This document shows, one piece after another, positions 25,302-34,024 of a DNA stretch of 41,942 nucleotides (positions are counted from its first letter, which is position 1; each line of letters opens with the position of its first letter). Source of the DNA: a virus. Lineage: Duplodnaviria; Caudoviricetes. The translations under genes were made by a program, and so were the position numbers. The stretch covers positions 1 through 41,942 of the IMG/VR virus record IMGVR_UViG_3300043493_000033; one strand, written 5' to 3'. The notes under the pieces are model-generated. The model saw only the letters and a list, made by a program, of their open reading frames with translations. It did no database searches and was not told the DNA's origin.

Positions 25302-27218
25302 CTACCCTGGCTCGCCGCCTATGTGCACGCCGCTCGTCCCGCCGCCATTCGAGCCCGGAGGCGGCATTGAGGCTTTGAGCTGCAGCCCAGCCATCGCAAG
25401 TTCGCGCTTCAATGCCAGTTCCGCCGCGAGCGTCTCCCGCTTCAGCATCAATTCGGCATCAATCTGCGCCCGCTTCAATTCCGCGTCGGCCTGCATCTGC
25501 TCACGCTGAAGCTGCGCGTCGAGCATGAACTTCTCACGCTGCAGCGCGGCATCCTGCTGCGCCTTGGCCTGCTGCATGGCCATGTCCTGCTGCGCCTGCT
25601 GTTGGCGCATCTGAGCGTCGGCCATAGCGCCCTGCTGACGCATCTGCATGTCAGCCTGCTTCAACTGCATCTCCGCCATGCCCTTCTTCTCCTCGGGAGA
25701 AGGCTCGGGAGGCTGCGGAGGCGTCTTGCTCGGATCGGTGAAGTAGGGATCAGGTGAGTTCAGCCCCGCCTTGCGCGTGAGTTGCTTGACCGTGTTGTAA
25801 ACCTGCTGCGGCCCAGCGAGCCCGGTCATCTTCGGGCTCGTCATGGCGTTGCCCTGGATCTGCATGATCTCGCGCAGCACCATGATTTCCTGGCTCTTGT
25901 CGCCGGAGCCAAGCCCGACGTTGATGGTGAGATCGTTGCGCTCGCGCCATTCCTGCGCGTCTACCTTCACCCACTGGCCGCGCAGCTTCACTGTCTCGGC
26001 CTCACTGGCGTTCTGGCGGATCGTCGCGTGCAGCAGCCAGAACATCTCCCGAATGCCCGTCTCGGCGAAGATGCGAGCGATGAGCTTCATCTTGGCGCGG
26101 GCGGCGTTCTGCGCGTCGAGCACGGCCCGCTCGCCGATGTTCTGCAAGGCGTTCGGGTCGAGGCCCTGGCCCTGCCGCGTCACACCCGTGCGCCACTCCC
26201 GCAGCGTGTCCATGTATTCCAGCATGGGAAACCCGAAGCTTCCGATCGGCTGGTTCGGGACAGGTGCGACCGAGCCGATGCGACGGGTGCGGATGATGCC
26301 GCCGACCCTATTCGACAGCACGTCGTCGATCGTGTCCTTTGTCGCCCCATCCTCAGCGACTTCCAAGCGCTGGTTGTTGGAAAAATAGACGTTGTCGAGC
26401 AATTGCCGGAGTAACGCAGTCTTAATCCTCTGAATGTCCATGACGAGGTCGGCAATGGACGTGCCATAGAAGCGGTGCGGATTGATGAACGGCGTCATGG
26501 CGGCAAAGCGCACCATGTCCGGCACGATCTCCGGGCGGCCCTTGCGCTTCAGGATCTCGCTACCGCTGCCAGCCGTCGTCACCCGATAGCGGCGCGGCTT
26601 GCCGTCGCCCTCATAGTCCATCATCACGTAGTGCTCGGTGACGCGGATCTGCCGGTTGGCCTTGTTCAGCCCCTCGGACCCCGACAATGCATTGTCGTCC
26701 ACCGTGTCGCGGGCGATCTCCTCCGTCGTGCCATCGCCGGCATAGTCGGGCAGCGCCTTGACCTGCTCCTTGTCGTAGCCGGCAGCGATAAGCTCGGCCT
26801 CCGTCTTCCTGACTTCGTGGTAGCAGTAGTCGCAGTCGCGCAGCATGACGGAGCGTTGCCGCCGCGAGACGCCAAACTCCTCCGGCGGCACGTTCTCGAC
26901 CCTGGCGCAGCCGTATTTGCGGATGCGGCTGATCTTCACGTCATGCACCGTCTCCGGCATGGGCGGAGGAGGTGGAGGCATTGGAGGTGGGCCAGGAGGC
27001 CCCTGCATGCCCGCTGGAGGCGGTGGAGCGCCAGGAGGCGGCGGAGGGCCGGGAGGACGCATCGGCCCGCCTGGCGGCATCCCTGGTGGCCCTGGCGGGC
27101 CTCCCGGCGGTGGCGGTCCCATGCCGCCAGGAGGCCCCATAGGCATGGCCCGCGGGTCAAGCCCGGGGGTTGCGCCGGGAGGCCCGGGAGGCTGCATGGG
27201 ATAGGGAGGCAGGGCCAT
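25302..27218 (-). CDS. Portal protein, C-terminal part (638 aa, poly-Pro N-terminus)
   Basis: VENVPPEEF, PHRFYGTSIADLVMDIQRIKT.LLRQLLDN.Y..N, RTGVTR..QGLD..AL, LIARIFAETG, NVGLG. Start at TGATG junction 27218. Confidence 0.88.
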   Translation of the reverse strand: MALPPYPMQPPGPPGATPGLDPRAMPMGPPGGMGPPPPGGPPGPPGMPPGGPMRPPGPPPPPGAPPPPAGMQGPPGPPPMPPPPPPMPETVHDVKISRIRKYGCARVENVPPEEFGVSRRQRSVMLRDCDYCYHEVRKTEAELIAAGYDKEQVKALPDYAGDGTTEEIARDTVDDNALSGSEGLNKANRQIRVTEHYVMMDYEGDGKPRRYRVTTAGSGSEILKRKGRPEIVPDMVRFAAMTPFINPHRFYGTSIADLVMDIQRIKTALLRQLLDNVYFSNNQRLEVAEDGATKDTIDDVLSNRVGGIIRTRRIGSVAPVPNQPIGSFGFPMLEYMDTLREWRTGVTRQGQGLDPNALQNIGERAVLDAQNAARAKMKLIARIFAETGIREMFWLLHATIRQNASEAETVKLRGQWVKVDAQEWRERNDLTINVGLGSGDKSQEIMVLREIMQIQGNAMTSPKMTGLAGPQQVYNTVKQLTRKAGLNSPDPYFTDPSKTPPQPPEPSPEEKKGMAEMQLKQADMQMRQQGAMADAQMRQQQAQQDMAMQQAKAQQDAALQREKFMLDAQLQREQMQADAELKRAQIDAELMLKRETLAAELALKRELAMAGLQLKASMPPPGSNGGGTSGVHIGGEPG

Positions 27219-27598
27219 CAGTAGCGCGCCTTGCGCATCTTCATCACGGCCACGTTCTCCCAATTGGGATTGCCGGCCTGCTTGTCGGCGAGTGCCTCCT
27301 CAAGGATCTTCAGGTCTGCCTTGGCACCGCGCAGTTCAGCTTGGGCGACCTCCAGACGCACCGACATGCCGAGGTAGTCGCCATTCACGCCATGCACATG
27401 CAGGTCGTGCTTTGCGCGGTCCAGTTCACGCTTCATCTGCTTCAGCGCATCCTTGTGGTGCTTATTCTCCTCAAACCAAAAGTGGGTCCTCTTCTCCTCG
27501 GCAAATACCATCTCAATCAGCGTCGCTTTATTCAGCCGACGTATCCTGTCTTTACGCCTCTCTCTAGATGGCGGAAGATCGCCCTTGCGCTTGCCCAT
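27218..27598 (-). CDS. Hypothetical coiled-coil protein inserted between the portal halves
   Basis: 126-aa ORF coupled by TGATG at both ends; no portal similarity recognised. Confidence 0.7.
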   Translation of the reverse strand: MGKRKGDLPPSRERRKDRIRRLNKATLIEMVFAEEKRTHFWFEENKHHKDALKQMKRELDRAKHDLHVHGVNGDYLGMSVRLEVAQAELRGAKADLKILEEALADKQAGNPNWENVAVMKMRKARY

Positions 27599-28167
27599 CA
27601 GTAAGCGGCCTGCTGCTCGTCACGCGGCTGCTGGCCGGGAATGCCCTGCCGCTCAGTGTGCTCGATGATGTCGATGTCCTTTGCCTGCTTCAGCATTCCG
27701 TAGGCCGCCTCCGGCAGGCCCCAGAAGCTCTCCTCAATGCTCTCTTCCTTGTCTTCCCAATATACTTTCACGATCGCGACCTTCGACAGCAGCGCATCCT
27801 TCACAAAGGTATAGTCGATAAGAAACCCATTGTTTTTCTGCGTGAATACATAATTGACGTAGTCGGTTTCCTGCTGCGCCGCCTCTTCGTCCTCCGCACC
27901 TGTCGGGACGAACTCCACCACGTCGTCGCCGCCGTGCAGCACCTCCATCATCGACGGCATCAGGCCCTCGACGGCATCCGCCACGTCGGACGAGACGGCC
28001 TTGGAGCGATCGGCAGGAGCGGGCATGTCGCGTGCCATGTCGCCCTGGTAGTAGTCGAGCGCCCGCGCCCGCTCCTCGGAGAGCTTGCTGCTCTCGGCTG
28101 CGCTAAGCGCGTCGCTCTTCTCGCCCTTGAGGATGGCCTGCACCTCGGAGACGGACAGCTTGGCCAC
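27598..28167 (-). CDS. Portal protein, N-terminal part (189 aa)
   Basis: ERARALDYYQG, RSKAVSSDVADAVE..MPS, VEFVP...EDEEAAQQETDYVNYVF..KNNGF, KDALLSK.AIVKVYW. Confidence 0.88.
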   Translation of the reverse strand: MAKLSVSEVQAILKGEKSDALSAAESSKLSEERARALDYYQGDMARDMPAPADRSKAVSSDVADAVEGLMPSMMEVLHGGDDVVEFVPTGAEDEEAAQQETDYVNYVFTQKNNGFLIDYTFVKDALLSKVAIVKVYWEDKEESIEESFWGLPEAAYGMLKQAKDIDIIEHTERQGIPGQQPRDEQQAAY

Positions 28168-28170
28168 GCG

Positions 28171-28341
28171 CTACTCTTTCGGCAGGTCTTGGTTGGGTGC
28201 AGGAGGCTCGTCGTGCAGCCCGCTATCCTTGCGCGGGTCTTCCGAGGGCTTTGGCTGCGTGCCGCCGGGAGATACAATCCCGCCACGGCCGGCCTTGCTC
28301 TCGCCCGGCTCGGTGTATTCGTCTTCCTTCGGATCAGACAT
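28171..28341 (-). CDS. Small disordered protein, 56 aa
   Basis: AAGGAA RBS before MSDPKEDEY; ends 3 nt before the portal start. Confidence 0.55.
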   Translation of the reverse strand: MSDPKEDEYTEPGESKAGRGGIVSPGGTQPKPSEDPRKDSGLHDEPPAPNQDLPKE

Positions 28342-28554
28342 TGTTTGGTTCCTTGTGCTGGTGGCCCTCCCGGCCGACCGTGTCGGAGTGCGCTCAGGCT
28401 GGGTGCATTCGGCCCGGTTTTGCGCGGCCGGGAGGGCCGTGAACTCTACCAGGACACCCGCCGCCATAGCCCCCAGCGCGCCGGCCAGGTGCGGCTCATG
28501 CGCTGGCAGACGCAGCGGCTAGCGCCCCGGCGTCTTCGTGGCATAATGGCCCCC

Positions 28555-28839
28555 GTGAGCGACTGGATCACATCGGCCAAAGCAGAGGCTGCTTGGCGAG
28601 AGCGCAATATCGCACTCTGCCGCCTGTTTCTGACCACCGACATGACGGTTAAGGATGTCGCCAAGCATTTTGGTATTTCCGGCACGACTGTGCGCGTTGT
28701 CCTCTTTCACTTCGGCATCCCCAGCAAGCGCCGGCATGCTCCGAGGCATGCATGGGAACGCCAGCAGGGATTTGGCAGGCGCAGGGATCAACTCCCTCCC
28801 GACCTGCAGGCCCTGATCGAGAACATGCCGTCTCAATAG
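28555..28839 (+). CDS. Small HTH DNA-binding protein, counter-oriented
   Basis: MTVKDVAKHFGISGTTVRVVL HTH. TGnCATAAT ends 7 nt before GTG 28555; ATG 28546 is an alternative start. Confidence 0.65.
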   Translation: MSDWITSAKAEAAWRERNIALCRLFLTTDMTVKDVAKHFGISGTTVRVVLFHFGIPSKRRHAPRHAWERQQGFGRRRDQLPPDLQALIENMPSQ

Positions 28840-28953
28840 GGTCTCGCGCGCGCAGTTAGTTATAATACTTATAAACCAGTTCCTACACCGCGCGGGCACA
28901 CGCGCAGCCTTTAGCACTTTCACGTAGGTATCAGCAGGCGCGCGCATATGGGA

Positions 28954-30264
28954 TCAGACGATGCCAAGCCTCTGATACACCAACTTGCGTCCGAAGCCCG
29001 CCGACCGAGACGGCTCCTCGTAGCAGATAGCCATCAAGCCGAATGCGTCCGCGGCATGACTGCTCCAATCATGCTCCGGCCCGAGGCCCAACTGCCGATC
29101 GTCGTCCCTGCGCTCGTGGTAATAGCCCAGGGCGTCCCTTCCCGCCTCTGTCGTCGCCTCGTTGAACCACATGCGCGGGAATAGCCGCCGCACCGCTTCC
29201 ACTCGCATCATGGCGGCGCCCCTGCCCTGGTTTTTCACTGGCGGTTCGACGGAGAAGCCTGCCTCCCGCAGATGGTCTTCATACCGCTTGCCGGTGATGG
29301 CGTTAGCGTTCACGCCGTCGTGCGGGAGGTAGCAGATGGCCTTGTCGTATTTGCGCTGGCGCAGCTCGTCGACGTAGTAGGCGAGCACCTGGCCCATGCC
29401 CTCGATGTAGTCGAGGACGCGGATTTCCTGTCCGACCCACTGAACAATCCAGATCGCCATGGCATCGGCGGAAGCCCCTGAGCCTCCCAGGTCAAAAAAG
29501 GCTCTGAGCGGTAGTAGCGGGTCAGCGGACACTCGCCCAATTCGTCCCTGCGCCTTGGCCTCGTTGAGGCCGGCCGCGAAATAAGCGCCCTCGAACGCCT
29601 TCGCATAGCCACCTTCCCAGATGTGATCATACCGCTCTGGATAGCGTTCTTGGTCAATTTCACGCTCTGAGACCAAAACTTCGGGGAACCAGGGGTTGTC
29701 CCGCCAATTCGCCTCGACGACGACTGCGCCGGGCGGCTTCTGCTGGCGCAGGAACTCGTCGATTGCGTCTGACTTGCGGCGCGGGTTCCAGGATGCCCAT
29801 ATTTCGGAGTTCTCGGCACGAATTGTCGGACGAAGCAGCGCGAGGGAGCGATGCGAGAGCGTCTGTGCCTCCTCTATCCAGGCGATACGGAAGCCTTCCA
29901 GGCTCTTGATGGACTCCGCCGTGTGATCCTGCATGCCCTGAAAGATGATCAGCCCTTTGCCCGGCGCCTCTATGCGGTCGTCGAGGATGCGAAACAGCGG
30001 GCCGACGCCGAGCTGCGCGATCTTCTGCTCGATAAGGCGCTTGGCGGATTGCGTGAGAGTACGCTGCACCTCGCGGATGCAGACGACTGCGGTGCCTGGG
30101 TGGACGATGCACTCCTCGACGAGGGCCTCCGCGAAGAAGTGTGACTTGCCAGAGCCGCGGCCTCCGTAGGCGCCTTTGTATCGGGCTGGCTCGAGGAGCG
30201 GCTCGAAGACGGGCGCCGTCTTGATGTCGAGGTTGCCGTCAAGCGGCTCTGGAATTGCCAGCAT
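28954..30264 (-). CDS. terL: Terminase large subunit (PBSX/XtmB-like)
   Basis: Walker A GGRGSGKS, CIRE, Walker B WIEEAQ, SWNP, nuclease FDLG, LPHD, SHAADAF. Confidence 0.95.
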   Translation of the reverse strand: MLAIPEPLDGNLDIKTAPVFEPLLEPARYKGAYGGRGSGKSHFFAEALVEECIVHPGTAVVCIREVQRTLTQSAKRLIEQKIAQLGVGPLFRILDDRIEAPGKGLIIFQGMQDHTAESIKSLEGFRIAWIEEAQTLSHRSLALLRPTIRAENSEIWASWNPRRKSDAIDEFLRQQKPPGAVVVEANWRDNPWFPEVLVSEREIDQERYPERYDHIWEGGYAKAFEGAYFAAGLNEAKAQGRIGRVSADPLLPLRAFFDLGGSGASADAMAIWIVQWVGQEIRVLDYIEGMGQVLAYYVDELRQRKYDKAICYLPHDGVNANAITGKRYEDHLREAGFSVEPPVKNQGRGAAMMRVEAVRRLFPRMWFNEATTEAGRDALGYYHERRDDDRQLGLGPEHDWSSHAADAFGLMAICYEEPSRSAGFGRKLVYQRLGIV

Positions 30265-30586
30265 CGACTATGGCGATAGGGTTGCTGCGCTGGTTTGGAT
30301 CTGCGTGGACGATGGTTCTGGTGACGTGCTGGATGACGAGGGGATTGTCTGGATCGCCGCTCATGGGCTGCGGGACTTTGCCCTCGACGCGATCCATAAC
30401 TTCCTTGATGGCTGCCACATCACCTTCAAGCGCCTTGTCGAGCAAAGCGTTTGCGAGGCGATGGAGTTTTGGGATGTTGGTTTCGTCTGTCGCATTGAGT
30501 TCAGCGATAAGCCTTTGCGTGACGATGCGCGGCTTTTTCAGAACGCCATTGGCTTTCGCCAATTGATTACCGGGTTGGAATGTCAT
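30239..30586 (-). CDS. terS: Terminase small subunit
   Basis: Directly upstream of terL. FQPGNQ N-terminus, ALEGDVAAIKEVMDRVEGK, SGDPDNPL. Confidence 0.7.
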   Translation of the reverse strand: MTFQPGNQLAKANGVLKKPRIVTQRLIAELNATDETNIPKLHRLANALLDKALEGDVAAIKEVMDRVEGKVPQPMSGDPDNPLVIQHVTRTIVHADPNQRSNPIAIVDAGNSRAA

Positions 30587-30598
30587 TGTTAAAACACC

Positions 30599-30814
30599 CT
30601 AAACCATTGATACGCTGGGCATTGCAGCGACAGCGACGCCGAAGAATGCTGCGACGCGGATGAGGATAGCGACGAGGGCGACGACACCGACGACGATTCT
30701 AGCGGGCGGATAGACTTCGGGGAGGAAATACTGCACCACCCAGAGGACGAGGGCCGCGATTGCCACGACGATGATGATGAAAATCAAGAGGCCGAGAAGG
30801 CCACCTGTGTTCAT
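30599..30814 (-). CDS. Small two-TM membrane protein
   Basis: AAGGAGG RBS; two long hydrophobic segments. Confidence 0.75.
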   Translation of the reverse strand: MNTGGLLGLLIFIIIVVAIAALVLWVVQYFLPEVYPPARIVVGVVALVAILIRVAAFFGVAVAAMPSVSMV

Positions 30815-30906
30815 GTGATTGCCTCCTTACCGGAGAGAATGGGCAACACAACGCCACCCGTGCGCGTTTAGCTGACTCCCGCCATCCCGGCGGGAGGAGA
30901 TCCCCC

Positions 30907-31056
30907 ATGCCCGTCTATCAAGGCAAGCAGGTTACCGTTGTGCGCCCAGCCAAGCAGGGCGACCAGGGCTTCGATGCCGCCAAGCCGAAGTCAGTGATCC
31001 AGCTTCCCGACGGCTCGCAGAAGACCGTGCCGGACGCGGAAGTCACCGAGTCCTAG
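30907..31056 (+). CDS. Small protein, 49 aa (below ORF-track cutoff)
   Basis: GGAGGAG RBS; MPVYQGKQVTVVRPAKQGDQGFDAAKPKSVIQLPDGSQKTVPDAEVTES; GC3-rich codons. Confidence 0.7.
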   Translation: MPVYQGKQVTVVRPAKQGDQGFDAAKPKSVIQLPDGSQKTVPDAEVTES

Positions 31057-31255
31057 TAAAACCGTTCCATTTTGCGTTTGGGCTCTTGCCCGCTACCATG
31101 AAGCCTCCAGCGCCGAAAGACGCGCTGGCGGTGCCTTCCTGCGTCAGCAATCGCTATTCCAGAACGCCCGGAGGCCCCACCACGGGGTTTTGGGCTGGGT
31201 CTTGGCGAGGCCCCCGAACATTCCCGGTGCCAGGGAGGAGCATGCACCGGGCAAC

Positions 31256-31291
31256 AAAAAACCCCGCGGCCCAATTGATGGGCGGCGAGGT
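31256..31291 (-). terminator. Intrinsic terminator at the start of the late region
   Basis: Minus strand: CCTCGCCGCCCA-TCAAT-TGGGCCGCGGGG followed by TTTTTT, just past the putative late regulator. Confidence 0.65.
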
Positions 31292-31316
31292 GTGAGGCTC
31301 TATTTCGCCACGGAAT

Positions 31317-31832
31317 TCACGCCGCGTCAAGCCGGAAATGAACCACCAGTTGTGCGAGAGCCTTGCGTGCCTCCGGCAGGACGCTGGACGACGCCTCGTC
31401 ATGACACAGCCTATTGAGCGCATTGAGCGCTGGCGTCCCAGCCATTGAGATAGCTGTTTGCGCGGCCTGGAAGCGACCAAGGAAGCGTTTTATCTCTTCC
31501 GGGCTGTCGGCATGCCCCCCACCCCTCGAAACGCGCTCCAGCGTCACGCTAGGGGCTGTGCGGGCCATTCCTAGGATCAGGCGATCATATTCGGCGAGCA
31601 AAACGCTCCAGCGCTTGGCAGCCTCGATCTCAAGCACACTCAGCTTTCGGAACACAAACAGCTTGCCGGCCTGGCTGGCGAGGTAGGGATCGCCGCCATA
31701 GCCGAGGATGTTGTCGCGCGCCCTCGTCCACTTGGTGAGCAGGCTCGGGTCTTCGGCGAGCTGCCGCCAGTCCACGCGCCCGCCGTCCTTGCGCCGTGGA
31801 ACATCCTTGCGCTTGCGCCCTGCCCGCGCCAT
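31317..31832 (-). CDS. Putative late-gene regulator (Q-position protein)
   Basis: MARAGRKRK start with GGGAG RBS. Lies between replication and packaging and is followed by a terminator. Function inferred from position only. Confidence 0.55.
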   Translation of the reverse strand: MARAGRKRKDVPRRKDGGRVDWRQLAEDPSLLTKWTRARDNILGYGGDPYLASQAGKLFVFRKLSVLEIEAAKRWSVLLAEYDRLILGMARTAPSVTLERVSRGGGHADSPEEIKRFLGRFQAAQTAISMAGTPALNALNRLCHDEASSSVLPEARKALAQLVVHFRLDAA

Positions 31833-31947
31833 GCAAACTCCCATTCTGCCCCCACGCCCCACTAAGCCGGTTCGCGCGGATGGCAAACTATACCGAGGTA
31901 TCGGCCGGGGCCGGCCCCCCTACTACCCCCCTAGTAAGAGGAAGAAA

Positions 31948-32145
31948 CGTTCCGGCCAAAACGCACCCCCAAAACGCTCCGTCCGGGGACTGCGCTTTGG
32001 GGCGAGGCCGTTCCGCTGGAACGCCGCCGTTCTCTAGGAGAGTAGAGCGATTTTTGTACTGTCGTTCCGCCATTTCGTTCCGCGGAACGATAATCCGGAA
32101 CGTTTGGATTTGCCGTTCCACATTGTTTTTTGCCAATTCGGAACG
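31948..32145. repeat. Nine CGTTCC/GGAACG hexamers, candidate replication origin
   Basis: CGTTCC at 31948, 32009, 32063, 32076, 32114; GGAACG at 32018, 32084, 32097, 32140; immediately downstream of the primase-helicase. Confidence 0.65.
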
Positions 32146-32149
32146 ATTG

Positions 32150-34024
32150 CTAAGCCGGCGTAGAAGCATTTTTGGCCTCCTTGCGACCAGCCTCGGTAAG
32201 CTCCCATCGGCCACGGGATTTCTGCACAAAGCGCTCCTGCTTTAGACGCATCATCACCCGATGCACCGACTGCTTGCTCGGCCAGCGCAGTCCGACGCGC
32301 AGCCCCTCAATCGACGCATTCGAGTTGTCGCGCATTTCCAGCAGCAGCGCGTCCTCGGTAGAACGGGCGTTTCGCTCCCGCTGCGTTTCCTGCGCCGCCG
32401 ACATGGAACGGACGATCACCGTCTTCAGCACCCGACCGCCGCTGTCCCGCAGCGTCGAGCAGTCGGACGAAACGAGCTCGAAGGCGACTTGATCGAAGTC
32501 CGAGCCGCGGAATTTGCCTTGCCAGTGCAATGCGAGGCTCTGGTCGTCGCGCGCTAGCGTCAGGTTGCCATCAACCTCGGCAATGAAGGCTCCGCCGCCG
32601 CGCGGTATCAGGTTATCGCTTGCAGCGTTCTTCACCGGATGGCAGTTGGCGATGATGCATGGTCCGCCCGGAAGGTTGGTGAGCCGGCGCAGGCGTCGCG
32701 CATAGGCGCCGAGCTGGGAATTGCTGTTCTCCTCATCGCCGAGGAAATACGCCGCGGCGGTGTCGATAATGACCAGTGCCACGCCGCCGAGCTTTTCGAC
32801 CTCGGCTGCGATGCGCGTTTCCAGCCCGCTGATGTCGAATATGCCGGGCATGAAGAAAACGTTGATGTCTGTGCCGCGGCCAAACTCCGGCAGCATGGCA
32901 TCCCATCGCATTTGCACGTCGGTCGGGTTTTCTCCGGCGAGATACAGCACCCGGCCGCCGCTGACATGCTGGCCAGCGAAGGGTTGTGCAACAGCGCAGC
33001 AGCCGGCCAGAAGCAGGGATACCCCGGTCTTGCCTGATCCTGTAGCGCCAGTCATCGAATAGAAGAAACGCCGCTGGATGAGCCCCTCGACGAGCGGATC
33101 TGGGGCCTGGAAGCTGGCCAGGAACTCGACGGTTGACAGGATCGCCGGGAGCCGGCTTCCCGGCGCTTCTTTTGCGGCACCATTGCCGTAGTGGATTTTC
33201 GGCTCATCGCGTAGCAATTGATCGGCCGTGACGAGCAACCGTTCCGCCGTTCCGCCGCGTTCCAACCAATCGGAAACGTCGCCCTTGTCGGGGCATTCCG
33301 GCCAGATGCTGGTGAGGTCGAGGATGCGCACGCGCTCGGCCACGCCCTCCAGCGAGCGATATACCGAAAGCGCGTGCTCGCGCCCCGGCAAATCGTTGTC
33401 CTGGATGATGACCGCCAAGGCGCCCTGGAAGAACTCGGCCAGCGCATCGCGCCACTTGCCGGCCCCCATGGCATTCGTCGTCCCGGCAATATCGTGGCGG
33501 GCGAGAGTGTCGGCGTCCTTCTCCCCCTCGACAATAAAGACCACGCGCCCGGCTTCCATTGCCTTGAGCAGTCCGGGCAGGCGATAGGGTATCTGACGCA
33601 CGCCCTTGGTGCGCCATTCCCACCCCCCGCCATTCAGTGGCCGGCGTTGCCGGAATGCCTTTGGCTGGAGCCGCACCGTCTGGAACAGCAGCGCTCCCGT
33701 CTCGTCGACATAGTCATATGTCGCAGCTATTCCGGCTGGAATATCGGCAGGCGGCTGCTCGATGAAGCCGTTGGCATGGCCCCAGCGCCAGGCGTCAATG
33801 AAGTCCTCGATCCCCTGCTGCTCTTGGATCAGTTCGATCGTGGAGCCGCCGCGCGCCAGGCCGCGGTCATACCAGACCCGCTTGCCGCGATCGTAGGACT
33901 TGCCGCCATAATCGTTGTCGCGTTCCAGCCAGCGCAATTGCGCTTTGGTTTCGCGCGTCGGATCGCCCCAATAGTGCCGGCAAAGCCTCTCGCAATAGGA
34001 TGAAAAGTCCGGGAGCTGTTGCAT
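32150..34024 (-). CDS. TOPRIM primase - RepA/AAA_25-type helicase fusion
   Basis: YDYVDETG.LLFQ, VFIVEGEKDAD, DNDLPG, KGDVSDW (TOPRIM). Walker A GATGSGKT, YLAGEN, VIIDT, HPVK, RGGGA. Confidence 0.9.
   Translation of the reverse strand: MQQLPDFSSYCERLCRHYWGDPTRETKAQLRWLERDNDYGGKSYDRGKRVWYDRGLARGGSTIELIQEQQGIEDFIDAWRWGHANGFIEQPPADIPAGIAATYDYVDETGALLFQTVRLQPKAFRQRRPLNGGGWEWRTKGVRQIPYRLPGLLKAMEAGRVVFIVEGEKDADTLARHDIAGTTNAMGAGKWRDALAEFFQGALAVIIQDNDLPGREHALSVYRSLEGVAERVRILDLTSIWPECPDKGDVSDWLERGGTAERLLVTADQLLRDEPKIHYGNGAAKEAPGSRLPAILSTVEFLASFQAPDPLVEGLIQRRFFYSMTGATGSGKTGVSLLLAGCCAVAQPFAGQHVSGGRVLYLAGENPTDVQMRWDAMLPEFGRGTDINVFFMPGIFDISGLETRIAAEVEKLGGVALVIIDTAAAYFLGDEENSNSQLGAYARRLRRLTNLPGGPCIIANCHPVKNAASDNLIPRGGGAFIAEVDGNLTLARDDQSLALHWQGKFRGSDFDQVAFELVSSDCSTLRDSGGRVLKTVIVRSMSAAQETQRERNARSTEDALLLEMRDNSNASIEGLRVGLRWPSKQSVHRVMMRLKQERFVQKSRGRWELTEAGRKEAKNASTPA

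Noticed and set aside
27218-27598. Intron, intein or IS explaining the portal interruption
   Set aside because: No group I/II core motifs, no in-frame continuity, no transposase motifs or terminal inverted repeats.
28359-28438. Canonical tRNA gene
   Set aside because: No TTC T-loop, D-loop consensus or 7-nt anticodon loop. Kept only as a structured-RNA candidate.
27568-28545. 423-aa plus-strand ORF
   Set aside because: Mostly the antisense shadow of the portal N-half. Only the last ~95 codons (HTH) look like a real gene.
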